Part shown: positions 39,622 to 50,235 of the stretch, piece after piece
Layout: every line of letters starts with the position of its first letter
Position numbering within the stretch: position 1 is the first letter of the stretch
Source of the DNA: Myxococcota bacterium
GTDB taxonomy: Bacteria > Myxococcota_A > UBA796 > GCA-2862545
Assembly: GCA_039208735.1 (NCBI GenBank)
Contig: JBCCQY010000041.1
Span: 1 to 64,000, forward strand
Length of the DNA stretch: 64,000 nt
Reading direction: 5' to 3'
The notes under the pieces: generated by a model
Seen by the model: only the letters and a program-made list of their open reading frames with translations
Database searches by the model: none
Told to the model about the DNA's origin: nothing
Program-made: the position numbers and the translations under genes

Positions 39622-39826
39622 CGGGTCTCCACAATCTTCAAGGAAGATAGGGATATGAAGCGAACTGACCTTCCGCTGTCCGCGACGGCGAATCGCCCCT
39701 CCGACTTCTAGCATGCGCTACAGTCCGGCGAGGGCCCCGCCGGAAGCTCGCTCCCGATGGGGTTCACAACCGAGTTATGCAGTTGCGCCGCGTGGCCACG
39801 CGCGGTGGGTTGGACGGGGAGGGTGC

Positions 39827-42800
39827 ATGCGTCAAGTTTTCCGATGGTGGTTGGCGGTGGGGCTCGCGTTGGCGTTCCTCTCAGGTTGCCAATGCGGTGA
39901 CGATGTGGATCCGTCCGACGTTCCCGAAACGGTAGGAGCGAATTCGTCGTTCGTCGAGTCGCACACCCGCGGTCTCATCGGGCGTGATGAGACCATCCGG
40001 GTGGTGCTCGCTCCAGAGCTGGCGCGCGAGTTGGCAGGCGAAAGCGGCGAGCCGCCTGCCCTCGACGGGGTGCTGGTGTTCAAGCCCGACCTCGCGGGAA
40101 CGGCGATTTGGAGCAGCGACAACGAAATCACGTTTGAGCCCGAAGAGCCCCTGCCCAATGGTCAGTTGGTCCATGTCGAGGTCCGGCTCGCCAAGCTAAG
40201 CGACACTCTCAAAGACGCAGACTTCTCGTTTAACCTCGAAGTCAGGCCGCAGACCTTCCGCTTCGTCCAACGGGCGCTGACCCCAACCAAGGGCGGCACC
40301 ATGAAGTTGAAGGGAAGCATCGAAACGGGTGATCCAGCCGAGGACTCGGCGGTCGAGACCATGGTTTCGGCCACCTTCGAAGGCAAGGGACAGTCCCTCA
40401 AGTGGACCCATGGTAGCCCCACGCGTCACTCCTTTGAGATCGAAGGGCTGAAGCGCGGAGATGAAGCGCGCAAGCTCACCTTGCTCATCGACGGTTCGCC
40501 CATCGGGGTGGCCGAGGTCGATGAACGCATCGTTCGGGTGCCCGCCAAGGGCATTTTCGACGTGACCGAGGTGGTCCCGGTTGCCGAAGGCAGCCCCCGC
40601 ATCGAGGTTCGATTCAGCGACTTGCTGGATGACAAGCAGGATCTTCGGGGCCTCGTCACCGTCGAGGGGCTCAAAAACCCACGCACCGTCATTGAAGGCG
40701 AAAGCCTTGGGGTCTATGTGGGCGACCGACCCACGGGCACCTTCCGTCTCACCGTCCAGGGCGTCAAAAACAGCGAAGGCGAAGCCCTCGCCCAGCCGTT
40801 TACCCGCCAGGTGACGTTCGGACCCCAAAATCCCGCTGTGCGCTATGCGGGTCGTGGCGTCGTGCTCCCGCGGTCGGCCGACCTTACGGTGCCCATCGAA
40901 GCGCGCAACCTCAATGGCATCTGGATCGAAGCCATCGCGGTGCCCGGCAACAACCTGCCGCAGTTCTTGCAGGTCAACGACCTCGATGGCAGCAACCAAA
41001 TGCAACGCGTGGGGCGGCGTGTTTGGGGCAAGCGCATCGACATTCCCCAGGACCGGGGTGACGCGAATCGCTGGCGGCGGATTGGCCTCGACCTGGCGGA
41101 CTTTGTACAAGCCAACCCCGCTGGCCTTTACCAGCTCTCCATTCGCTTCCTCCCCCAAGATGCGGTCTACGACTGCCCCTCGGACCTCGAACCGATCAAG
41201 TTGCCCATCGACAACGACTTCACCGATGACGAGTCGTCGTACTGGGACCCCTACGACGGTTTTGGGTGGGACTACAGCTACTGGGAAAATCGGGAAGATC
41301 CCTGCCACATCGGTTTCTACATCCGGGGTGAAGGACGCAACGCCATCACGCGCAACGTCGTGGTCTCGGACCTCGGAGTGACCGTGAAGTCGGGCGCCGA
41401 TGATGAGGTGTTCGTCGCGGTGACCGACCTGGTTTCCGCGCGCCCCGTCTCCGAGGCGATGGTCACCCTGCTCGACTACCAGACGCAGCCGATCGGTCAG
41501 GCCACGACGAATGACCAGGGGATTGTGCGACTGAACGCGAGCCGGAAACCCCTGTTGGCGGTCGCCGAGAAGGGCGATGACCGCACGCTTGTGCGCATGA
41601 ATTCGGGCAGTGCGTTGTCCACGGCCCACTTCGATGCCGGCGGGGTCGCCCTCCAGAAGGGCCTGCGCGGCATGATTTACGGCGAGCGTGGCGTCTGGCG
41701 TCCAGGAGACGACATTCACCTGACCCTCTTGCGGTTCGATCGCACGGGCCAGCTGCCGAGTGCGCATCCCGTCGAGTTCACGCTGCTCGACCCTTACGGC
41801 AAGTTGATCGACAAGCAGGTCGTGACGGGAGGACCCGATGGGTTCACCCGCTTTGATACCCGAACGAGCCCCGATGGCATGACCGGCCCTTACGTGGTCA
41901 CCGCCAAGGTGGGAGGCACGTCCTTCCGCGAAACGGTCCGCGTCGAGACCATCAAGCCCAACCGGCTCAAGATCAACCTCGATTTTGGTACCGAACTCAT
42001 CCAGGGACCGCGAGCCGGCCTCGATGCCGACCTAGAAGCCCGTTGGCTGTTTGGTGCACCTGCGCCAGACCTTCGCACCAACATCGAAGTCCGCTTCTCG
42101 AACCGGCGCACCACCTTCCCGAAGTACGGCGAGTACACGTTCTCGGACCCCTCACGGCGGGTCGATACCAACGTGGAAAGCGTGTTTGATGGTCGCCTCG
42201 ACGGCGAAGGCAAGACCAAGATCACCTCGGGCCTCGACCTGCCCGAAGATGCGCCGGGCATGCTGAACGCCACCTTCCTGACGCGGGTGTTCGAACCGTC
42301 GGGCAACGCCTCGATCGACGAAGTCTCGATTCCGGTGTCGCCGCACGACCGCTACGTCGGCATCAAAGTTCCGCGAGGGGACGCGGCGCGCGGGATGCTG
42401 TTGACCGACCAGCAGCACAAGGTTGAACTCGTCTTAGTCGATGCCAAGGGCAATCCCGTGGGCGGGACCCACGATCTCGATGTCGAGGTCTACAAGATCC
42501 GCTGGCGCTGGTGGTGGGAGACCGACAACGGCAACCTTGGCGACTACGCGCGGCGCCGGTCGCACCAGTCGGTTTTCGATGACAGCATCAAGGTGTCCAA
42601 CGGCAAGGGATCGTTTCAGTTCCAGGTCAAGTACCCCGAGTGGGGCCGGTACCTGGTCGTGGCGCGCGACAAGTCGGGAACTCACCGGGCGTCGAAGCCG
42701 TTCTACATCGACTGGCCGGGCTGGGCGGGGCGGGCCCGCAAGGATGGACCTGGTGGCGCCACCGTGTTGTCGATCAGCACGCCAAATTCCAAGGTGTCGG

Positions 42801-45388
42801 TTGGCGATGAGGTCACCATCAACATTCCTGCGGCGGCTTCGGGCCGGGCGCTCGTGGCCCTCGAAACAAGCACGCACGTGGTCGATGCCGAGTGGATCGA
42901 GCTGACCGGCGAAGATCAGCAGTACACCTTCAAAGCGACCGAATCGATGGTGCCCAATGTCTACGCCAACGTGACCCTGGTGCAGCCCCACCAAGGCACG
43001 GCCAGTGACTTGCCGATTCGCATGTACGGCATCACACCCATCGAAGTGACGTCGCCCAAGACCGTACTTACGCCCGTCATCAAGACCAAGGACAGCTTCC
43101 GTCCCGAGTCCACCGCCGATGTGACCATCTCCGAAAAGGATGGCCGGCCCATGAGCTACACGTTGGCGGTGGTGGACGAAGGGCTCCTCGGGATTACCCG
43201 TTTTCAGACGCCAGATCCGCACGCCGCCTTCCACAAACGCGAAGCGCTGGGCGTTCGTACCTGGGACATCTTTGGCGACGTGGCCGGCGCCTACGGCGGG
43301 GCCCTGGAAGGCGTCATCGCGATTGGTGGCGATGGTGAAGGCGACAACCCTCCGAGCCAGAAGGCCCGGCGCTTTCCGCCCGTGGTGCAGGTCATGGGGC
43401 CGTTCACCCTCGAGAAGGGCGCGAAGCAGACCCATCGCATCTCGGTGCCCGAGTACATTGGTGAGCTGCGGGTGATGGTCGTGGCCGCGAAGGACGGTCG
43501 CTTCGGTCGGGCCGACCAGGCCGTGCCGGTGAAGGCCCCGGTGATGGTCGCATCGACCCTGCCTCGGGTGCTTGGTCCGCAGGAAACCATCGATTTGCCC
43601 GTCAACGTCTGGCTCATGGACGAAAAGCGCAAGGAAGTCGATCTGAGTGTGAAGGTCGAAGGGCCCCTCGAGATCGACGGCCCGTCAACCCAGAAGCTGC
43701 GGTTTGGCGCGCCCGGAGAGTCGCTCGTGCAGTTTGCGCTCAAGAGCAAGAGCGTGGGGCTCGCCCGAGTCGTGGTCACCGCAAAGAGCGGCAAAGAGCA
43801 GGCCGTGCAGACCACCGAGATCGATGTTCGACCCTCGACGCTGCGTGAGACCCGCACCGTCGGGGAAGTCACGCCGGTGGGGCCCGGTCAGGAAGTGACG
43901 TTGGCGGTGACGGCGTTTGGAGTGGAAGGGACGCGCACCTCCACCCTCGAAGTCTCGAACTTGCCTCCCATCGACCTCGACCGGCGCCTGAAGTACCTCA
44001 TCCGCTACCCTCACGGGTGCGCCGAGCAGACCACGAGCAAGGCCTTCCCGCAGGTGGTGTTGAAGAACATCACGGAGCTTTCCCCCACCCAGCGCCGCGA
44101 CATTGACAAGTACGTTCGGGCAGCCATCGACAAGCTCAAGAACTACCAGACGAGCAACGGTGGATTTTCGCTGTGGCCGAGCGGTCGCTACGACGCCTGG
44201 GTCAGCAATTGGGCGGGACACTTCCTGATCGTGGCGGACCGAGCCGGCTATCGCGTGCCCGACTCGCTCCTGTTGTCCTGGATGGACCACCAGACCAACC
44301 AGGCTCGTCGCTGGCAGCCGCAAGCGTCGAAGAAAGACGATTGGCGTGCCGCAAACTCGGTCGCCCAGGCCTACCGGCTCTACACGCTAGCGCTCGCCGG
44401 AGACCCCGAGATGGGCGCGATGAACCGGCTCAAGGCGCAGCGCGACCTACCCGATCCGGCGAAGTGGCGCCTCGCGGCCGCATATGCTGTGGCGGGCCAG
44501 CAAGACACCGCCAAGCAGCTCATCAAGGGCTTGCCGGTCCAGGCCGATGGACCCACCGAGACCGGCGGCGTCTACAACAGTCCCACGCGCGAAGAAGCCA
44601 TGATCCTCGAGACATTGGCGATTCTTGAACCTCGCTCCGAGCGCACCACCAAGCTGATGAACTCGCTGTCCGAGAAGCTCGCCAGTTCGCGCTACCTCAA
44701 CACCCAGGCGGTTGGCTTTTCGCTCATCGCGATTGCTCGCTTGAGCGAGGCGCTGGGTTCAACGTCCCCGATCAAGGCGGATGTTTCGGTGGATGGGGGC
44801 AAGACGCAGAAACTGTCCTCCGACAAGCCGCTGTCGCAGCTCAATCTGACGTTGGCCGAGAAGGGCAACACCGACGTGGTGGTGAAGAACCGGGGCGAAG
44901 GGGCCCTGTTCGTGCGGGCCGTGACTTCTGCGTTGATCGAGCCTGGCAAAGAGGTGTCGACCACCAACGGCCTGCGGGTGTCTGTCGTCTACAAGAACGC
45001 GGATGGGCGCATCGTCGATGTGGCCAAGGCGGACCATGGCATGGACTTCCGGGCCCACGTGACCTTGCAAAACGACTCTCGCCGCCGCCTAAACAACGTG
45101 GCGTTGTCGGCGATCTTCCCCTCGGGTTGGGAGTTGCACGGGCAGCGTTCGGGCCGCGGACCGGGCTACTCCTACAAGGAGGTTCGAGACGACCGAGTCA
45201 ACTTCTACGTGAACCTGCGGTCTGGCGAGAAAAAGGACTTTGTGGTGAACCTGAATGCCGCCTACCGAGGCCGGTTCTACCTGCCGCAGTTTCAGGCCGA
45301 AGCGATGTACGATCCCACCGTCAACGCCACCACGCGCGGGCGCTGGGTCGAGGTGTCACCGCTCGGACCCACGGCGTCGTTGAAGTGA
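39827..45388 (+). CDS. Bacterial alpha-2-macroglobulin lipoprotein
   Basis: Lipobox LSGC; ERGVWRPGD, AVVDEG and thioester YPHGCAEQ motifs; C-terminal RDDR and AEAMYDP. Confidence 0.93.
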   Translation: MRQVFRWWLAVGLALAFLSGCQCGDDVDPSDVPETVGANSSFVESHTRGLIGRDETIRVVLAPELARELAGESGEPPALDGVLVFKPDLAGTAIWSSDNEITFEPEEPLPNGQLVHVEVRLAKLSDTLKDADFSFNLEVRPQTFRFVQRALTPTKGGTMKLKGSIETGDPAEDSAVETMVSATFEGKGQSLKWTHGSPTRHSFEIEGLKRGDEARKLTLLIDGSPIGVAEVDERIVRVPAKGIFDVTEVVPVAEGSPRIEVRFSDLLDDKQDLRGLVTVEGLKNPRTVIEGESLGVYVGDRPTGTFRLTVQGVKNSEGEALAQPFTRQVTFGPQNPAVRYAGRGVVLPRSADLTVPIEARNLNGIWIEAIAVPGNNLPQFLQVNDLDGSNQMQRVGRRVWGKRIDIPQDRGDANRWRRIGLDLADFVQANPAGLYQLSIRFLPQDAVYDCPSDLEPIKLPIDNDFTDDESSYWDPYDGFGWDYSYWENREDPCHIGFYIRGEGRNAITRNVVVSDLGVTVKSGADDEVFVAVTDLVSARPVSEAMVTLLDYQTQPIGQATTNDQGIVRLNASRKPLLAVAEKGDDRTLVRMNSGSALSTAHFDAGGVALQKGLRGMIYGERGVWRPGDDIHLTLLRFDRTGQLPSAHPVEFTLLDPYGKLIDKQVVTGGPDGFTRFDTRTSPDGMTGPYVVTAKVGGTSFRETVRVETIKPNRLKINLDFGTELIQGPRAGLDADLEARWLFGAPAPDLRTNIEVRFSNRRTTFPKYGEYTFSDPSRRVDTNVESVFDGRLDGEGKTKITSGLDLPEDAPGMLNATFLTRVFEPSGNASIDEVSIPVSPHDRYVGIKVPRGDAARGMLLTDQQHKVELVLVDAKGNPVGGTHDLDVEVYKIRWRWWWETDNGNLGDYARRRSHQSVFDDSIKVSNGKGSFQFQVKYPEWGRYLVVARDKSGTHRASKPFYIDWPGWAGRARKDGPGGATVLSISTPNSKVSVGDEVTINIPAAASGRALVALETSTHVVDAEWIELTGEDQQYTFKATESMVPNVYANVTLVQPHQGTASDLPIRMYGITPIEVTSPKTVLTPVIKTKDSFRPESTADVTISEKDGRPMSYTLAVVDEGLLGITRFQTPDPHAAFHKREALGVRTWDIFGDVAGAYGGALEGVIAIGGDGEGDNPPSQKARRFPPVVQVMGPFTLEKGAKQTHRISVPEYIGELRVMVVAAKDGRFGRADQAVPVKAPVMVASTLPRVLGPQETIDLPVNVWLMDEKRKEVDLSVKVEGPLEIDGPSTQKLRFGAPGESLVQFALKSKSVGLARVVVTAKSGKEQAVQTTEIDVRPSTLRETRTVGEVTPVGPGQEVTLAVTAFGVEGTRTSTLEVSNLPPIDLDRRLKYLIRYPHGCAEQTTSKAFPQVVLKNITELSPTQRRDIDKYVRAAIDKLKNYQTSNGGFSLWPSGRYDAWVSNWAGHFLIVADRAGYRVPDSLLLSWMDHQTNQARRWQPQASKKDDWRAANSVAQAYRLYTLALAGDPEMGAMNRLKAQRDLPDPAKWRLAAAYAVAGQQDTAKQLIKGLPVQADGPTETGGVYNSPTREEAMILETLAILEPRSERTTKLMNSLSEKLASSRYLNTQAVGFSLIAIARLSEALGSTSPIKADVSVDGGKTQKLSSDKPLSQLNLTLAEKGNTDVVVKNRGEGALFVRAVTSALIEPGKEVSTTNGLRVSVVYKNADGRIVDVAKADHGMDFRAHVTLQNDSRRRLNNVALSAIFPSGWELHGQRSGRGPGYSYKEVRDDRVNFYVNLRSGEKKDFVVNLNAAYRGRFYLPQFQAEAMYDPTVNATTRGRWVEVSPLGPTASLK

Positions 45389-47721
45389 CGTTGGAGCCTC
45401 GAAGATCGCTTCTTCGAGGACTCCTGGGTCTGCTGGGCCTGGGCATCGGCTTCCTCCTGGTGCCGGTGCCTCGATTCTCGGTGCCGTGGTCGCCGGTGGT
45501 GACCGGCTCGGATGGCCGGGTGCTCTCGGCGTCGGTCGCGGACGACGAACAATGGCGGTTCCCGCCGGACCAGGGCGTGCCCGAGCGCTACGCGAAGGCT
45601 TTGGTGGCGTTTGAAGACCAGCGGTTTTGGTCGCATCCTGGCGTAGATCCTTTGGCCATCGGGCGCGCCCTGGTCACCAACGTTCAACAGGGCCGCGTCG
45701 TGTCGGGCGCGTCGACGCTTACGATGCAGGTCGTACGACTGTCTCGAAGCAACCCCCCGCGCACCTTGTTCGAGAAAGTCGTCGAAATGGGGCTGGCGCT
45801 GCGGCTCGATTTGGCGCGCACCAAAGCCGAGATCCTTGCGCTGCACGCTGCCCATGCGCCGTTTGGGGGCAACACTGTCGGCCTTCGTGCGGCCTCGGAG
45901 CGCTACTTCCGACGACCTCCCCAAGACCTCTCCTGGGCGGAAGCTGCGACGTTGGCGATATTGCCGCACAGTCCAGGCCTCATCCATCCCGGTCGGGGGC
46001 GGGATGCGCTCCGCACCAAGCGCAACCGGCTGTTGTCGCGCCTGGCCGAACAAGGCACGATCGCGGCGGACGATGCTCGACTGGCCAAACTCGAGCCTTT
46101 GCCTCGGGCGCCGGACCCCGTCCCCCGCATCGCGCCTCATGTCATGGACCGGCTGTTGGCCGCGTCCGACTCGACCACGACGCCTTCGTTTGCCACCACG
46201 CTCCGCTCGAACTTGCAGGCCCAGGTGACGAAGGTCGCAGAGCGCCACGCGCGACAGCTCGTTCAAAACGGCGTCCACAACCTTGCGGTGTTGGTCGCAG
46301 ACACCCGTACCGGCGCGGTATTGGCCTACGTCGGCAACGTCGATGTGAAGCCCGGGGACCACGGCCAACACGTCGATGTGGTGACCGCCCGCCGATCCAC
46401 GGGCAGCGTGCTCAAGCCGTTGCTGTACGCCGAGATGGTGCAAGCCGGAGAGCTGCTCCCAAGCCAGATCGTGCCGGACGTGCCGCTGCGCATTGGAGGC
46501 TTCAGCCCCGAGAACTTCGATCGAGGCTTCCTTGGTGCCTTGCCGGCCGATGTGGCCTTGGCGCGAAGCCGCAACGTTCCTGCGGTGTGGATGCTCCAAC
46601 GCCATGGGGTGCTCCGGTTTCACCGAGAATTGGTCGGATGGGGCCTCACCACGCTCGATCGGCCGGCGGGCGACTACGGACTGTCGTTGGTGCTGGGCGG
46701 CGCCGAGAGCACCCTGTGGGACCTTGTGGGGGCCTACCGAACGCTTGGGCTAGCCGCATTGGCCGCCGACGAGCCCCGACCGCCGTTGCACGTCAGGGGG
46801 GCGCCAAAACCGGTTCCTCCGACCCGCAAGGTCGACCCCATGGCGGCCTACGTGACCCTCCAGGCCTTGCGAGAAGTGAAGCGGCCGGGAGAACTCGGTG
46901 CATGGACCACGTTTTCGTCCACTCGCCCCATCGCCTGGAAGACGGGCACAAGCCATGGCTTTCGAGACGCCTGGGCGGTGGGGGTGACCCCGTCGGTGGC
47001 GATTGGCGTGTGGGTGGGCAACGCGGATGGTGAGGGACGGCCGGATCTGGTGGGGGTTCGCGCCGCCGCTCCGGTGCTCTTCGATGTGCTGCGCGCAGCC
47101 CCCGATGGGGGATGGTTCGAGGACCCGGGCCTTGGTACCACGGTCCAGGTCTGCGCCGACAGCGGTATGCGGGCGGGACCGGACTGCGACGAGGTCAAGG
47201 GTCAACGCGGGCCCACGACGATGAAACGCGCTGCGGGATGCCAACATTGCCAGCGCATCCACTGCGTCGACGAGGACTGCACGGCTCGCGGCCACGCGGA
47301 TTGCCGCCCCACGAGTGCGTTGCATGATGCGTCTTGGTTTGTCCTGCCTGCGGCACAGGCCCACTTCACGAAGCGGCAGGACCCCTCCTACCGACCGCTG
47401 CCCCCTTGGGCTCCAGAGTGCACGCCCGATGATGATGGCATTCAAATGGGCATCCTCGAACCCAAGCGCAACGCCCGCGTGCACGTTCCCATCGAACTCG
47501 ATGGCAAGCCCGGGCGGTTGGTGCTTCAGGGGACTCACCTCGACCCCTCCGCGGTCCTCTACTGGCACCTCGATGAACGCTATCTGGGCCAGACCTCGGG
47601 CGTGCATCAGCTCGAAGTGTGGCCGGGTCCTGGAGACCACGTCATCACCGTGGTGGACCAGACCGGAGACCGCATCGAACGCCGATTCACGGTGATTGAG
47701 GTGCGCACCTACGGTGGCTAG
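45385..47721 (+). CDS. pbpC: Penicillin-binding protein 1C
   Basis: EDQRF..HPGVD and GASTLTMQ (transglycosylase); GSVLKP, SRN and WKTGTS.G.RDAW (transpeptidase); coupled to the alpha-2-macroglobulin gene by GTGA. Confidence 0.93.
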   Translation: MTLEPRRSLLRGLLGLLGLGIGFLLVPVPRFSVPWSPVVTGSDGRVLSASVADDEQWRFPPDQGVPERYAKALVAFEDQRFWSHPGVDPLAIGRALVTNVQQGRVVSGASTLTMQVVRLSRSNPPRTLFEKVVEMGLALRLDLARTKAEILALHAAHAPFGGNTVGLRAASERYFRRPPQDLSWAEAATLAILPHSPGLIHPGRGRDALRTKRNRLLSRLAEQGTIAADDARLAKLEPLPRAPDPVPRIAPHVMDRLLAASDSTTTPSFATTLRSNLQAQVTKVAERHARQLVQNGVHNLAVLVADTRTGAVLAYVGNVDVKPGDHGQHVDVVTARRSTGSVLKPLLYAEMVQAGELLPSQIVPDVPLRIGGFSPENFDRGFLGALPADVALARSRNVPAVWMLQRHGVLRFHRELVGWGLTTLDRPAGDYGLSLVLGGAESTLWDLVGAYRTLGLAALAADEPRPPLHVRGAPKPVPPTRKVDPMAAYVTLQALREVKRPGELGAWTTFSSTRPIAWKTGTSHGFRDAWAVGVTPSVAIGVWVGNADGEGRPDLVGVRAAAPVLFDVLRAAPDGGWFEDPGLGTTVQVCADSGMRAGPDCDEVKGQRGPTTMKRAAGCQHCQRIHCVDEDCTARGHADCRPTSALHDASWFVLPAAQAHFTKRQDPSYRPLPPWAPECTPDDDGIQMGILEPKRNARVHVPIELDGKPGRLVLQGTHLDPSAVLYWHLDERYLGQTSGVHQLEVWPGPGDHVITVVDQTGDRIERRFTVIEVRTYGG

Positions 47722-47723
47722 CG

Positions 47724-48467
47724 TCAGGTGCCGCGTTTGTCGCCATAGAGCCGCACATGCAAGCGGTCGGAGAGTCGAAACCCGTATTCGAGGCACCACG
47801 CGGCGACCCGCGGGCCATGGGCGTCGAGTTGGGCGGGGGTCGTGCCTTCGGGCATGAGCATGATGCGCGAAGCGGCGAGACCCAGGCGCGCTTGCAGGTC
47901 GCGCACTTCCGTCAGCTCCTCGTCGTGCCCCGCCACGACGATCTTGAATGTGGCTTTGGTTGAGGCGGCGAAGACTTCGAGCGCCGACGTGGCACGCTTG
48001 GCTTGGGGCATGCCGGAGTTCTTGAGTTTTGGCGACACCACGTAGTGGGTGGCCAATGCATCGAACTCCGATCGAGGGGCGATGGTCCCGTTCGTTTCGA
48101 GGTCGAAGGTTGCTTTTGGCCAGCGACGGCGCAGGGCATGCATCAACGACACGAGGTTCCGCTGCTGGGCCAGGGGCTCGCCGCCCGTCAGCACGAAGGC
48201 TCGGGACGCAAACGTAGCCACCACCTCGACGATCTCTTCGTCCGAGAGGGTCAGTACTTCGTCGTCACGGCGGTATTTGCGGCCGGAGTGATGATCGAAC
48301 GTCGTGCCTTCCCAGTTCCACGTGTGGGGGGTGTCGCACCAGACACACTGGAGGTTGCAGCCCGATAGTCGCACAAACGTCGACGGACGACCGACGAAGG
48401 GACCCTCGCCTTGGATCGACTCGAAGATCTCTGGCACGCCAGGGCGAATCTGGGACAGCGTGATCAT
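47724..48467 (-). CDS. queE: 7-carboxy-7-deazaguanine synthase (radical SAM)
   Basis: EIFESIQGEG, FVRLSGCNLQCVWCDT, TGGEPL, ETNGT, SPKL and RLH motifs. Confidence 0.88.
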   Translation of the reverse strand: MITLSQIRPGVPEIFESIQGEGPFVGRPSTFVRLSGCNLQCVWCDTPHTWNWEGTTFDHHSGRKYRRDDEVLTLSDEEIVEVVATFASRAFVLTGGEPLAQQRNLVSLMHALRRRWPKATFDLETNGTIAPRSEFDALATHYVVSPKLKNSGMPQAKRATSALEVFAASTKATFKIVVAGHDEELTEVRDLQARLGLAASRIMLMPEGTTPAQLDAHGPRVAAWCLEYGFRLSDRLHVRLYGDKRGT

Positions 48468-48482
48468 GGACACGAGGGTTCT

Positions 48483-49382
48483 CTATTTGAGGTCTAGGAC
48501 GTGGCGAACGATGGCATCGGCGAAGGCGTCGAGCTGGCGGCGTCGCGCGCGTTGCTTGTCTTCCGTAAGGTCGTCGCTGCGGTCATTGCCGGGAACTTCG
48601 ACGGTGAGCACGCCCACGCTCGCCCGAACGTCTGGCACGGGGTGGGGGGCCCACCGTCCAAGCGAAACGCCGTCGTTCACTCCCCCGCTCCATCCTGCCG
48701 TGGGCATCGTGTCCAGGTGGTTGCCCATTACCAATCCTGGGTCGGTCTCGGCGATGGTTTTCGCCACCGTGATGGCCAACGCGGCGTCGGCGTCGCTGCG
48801 CGCGGTGGCTCTTGGGAGATCGGCTGGCCAAACGTGCGGATCCGAGAACACCCCCGCGGCTTCTCGACGAATCGTCCCATGCACACTGACGATGCGTTCG
48901 GGCTGCAGTCCATCGATCAATCGAACGAGCCAGACGTTTTCGGGGTGAGCGGGGCGGTCCAGCGCATCGCGAAGCTTGCGTGCCTCGGAGGGCCACGTGG
49001 TGCCGGGCGGGGGAAAGTTGCGATTGGTTGGACGCTTGGGGGGCTCTCGAAGTCGACGGGCGGCGTGGTCAGGGAACAGCACGGGAATGACCACGACGGT
49101 GGGACGCGGCCGCCCGGTGCTTAGTCGAGCTTCGATCCGCTCAACGACTTCGATGCCGCCTTGTTCGGACCCATGAACCCCGGCCAGGATGACAACCCGA
49201 TGGACCGGCGCCCGACCTGGGTAGATCCGCGCCACCACTTCGCGACCCTTGGCAGTTCGGCCGAGAGTGTGGCGAGATGCGGTGTTGGACGACACGGCGC
49301 TGAGTACCGACGCAACGCCATCGTTGGGAGCGGGAGCGGCCACGCCCAAGCATCCCCACCAGCTCCAGAACCAAGGTGGCAT
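48483..49382 (-). CDS. M14-like zinc carboxypeptidase / MpaA-like amidase
   Basis: GVHGSE (HxxE), NRNFP, PEN, IVSVHG and LTVEVP motifs; start uncertain. Confidence 0.75.
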   Translation of the reverse strand: MPPWFWSWWGCLGVAAPAPNDGVASVLSAVSSNTASRHTLGRTAKGREVVARIYPGRAPVHRVVILAGVHGSEQGGIEVVERIEARLSTGRPRPTVVVIPVLFPDHAARRLREPPKRPTNRNFPPPGTTWPSEARKLRDALDRPAHPENVWLVRLIDGLQPERIVSVHGTIRREAAGVFSDPHVWPADLPRATARSDADAALAITVAKTIAETDPGLVMGNHLDTMPTAGWSGGVNDGVSLGRWAPHPVPDVRASVGVLTVEVPGNDRSDDLTEDKQRARRRQLDAFADAIVRHVLDLK

Positions 49383-49470
49383 AAGGGTTCGTATCCGTTG
49401 GTCCGGATTCGTGTCCTTTCGGGGCTGCGGCCCACCGGTTCCCTTGGATTGAGAAATCCAAGGAGGATCC

Positions 49471-50235
49471 ATGTCGTTTCGCATCGCGACCTACAACGTG
49501 CTCGCGGACGCCTACATCCGCCCCGAACGGTATCGGGGCTCTTCATCGGCTTCCCTCGATCCGGTGCATCGTCGACCGCTCCAGCTGCGCCGCGTGGCAA
49601 ACCTTGCTTCCGACGTGATTTGCCTGCAGGAAGTCGAAGCGGAGGTTTATGAAGCTCTCGACGCTGCGCTTCCCGAATACGTCGGGACCTATGCGCCGCG
49701 CCGGGATCGCCCCGACGGAGTGGCCACGTTCGTACGGTCGTCTGGGCCCGGCGTGCAGGCGACCACCGAACTGCACTACGCCACGCCGCAGGCCGATCGT
49801 GACCATCTGGCCCTGCTCACCGTCTTGCAGGTGGCCGACCGACGGCTGGTGTTGGCAAACACCCACCTGCGCTGGCAACCGGCCGAGACCCCGATCGACA
49901 TGCATGAGGGGGTGCTCCAGTTGCGCCAGCTTCTGGATGCGCTTGAACCGTATGGGCTCCCTTACGTCCTTGCCGGCGATCTCAACGCCATCTCGCAAGG
50001 GCCGGTGATTCGATTGGCCCAGCAGAATGGTCTGCGAGTTACCGGTCAGTCGCTTCGTCCCTGGGATACCGCGCTGATTGAAGGTCGCCGACGCAAGCTT
50101 GATTACGTCCTGGTGACCACCCATTTCAACGCCCAGCCCCAGCCGGTGCCCGCGTTGTCCAAGCATCGCCCGATTCCGTCGTCCGAGGAACCGTCGGACC
50201 ACATTCCCTACGAGGTCATCCTGTCTTGGCAGTGA
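49471..50235 (+). CDS. Endonuclease/exonuclease/phosphatase (EEP) protein, CCR4/nocturnin-like
   Basis: TYNVLAD, DVICLQEV, NTHL, GDLN, LDYV and PSDH motifs; AGGAGG RBS. Confidence 0.88.
   Translation: MSFRIATYNVLADAYIRPERYRGSSSASLDPVHRRPLQLRRVANLASDVICLQEVEAEVYEALDAALPEYVGTYAPRRDRPDGVATFVRSSGPGVQATTELHYATPQADRDHLALLTVLQVADRRLVLANTHLRWQPAETPIDMHEGVLQLRQLLDALEPYGLPYVLAGDLNAISQGPVIRLAQQNGLRVTGQSLRPWDTALIEGRRRKLDYVLVTTHFNAQPQPVPALSKHRPIPSSEEPSDHIPYEVILSWQ

Noticed and set aside
39827..47721. Alpha-2-macroglobulin with pbpC as a novel system
   Set aside because: This is a well-known conserved gene pair, and the thioester CxEQ motif is canonical.
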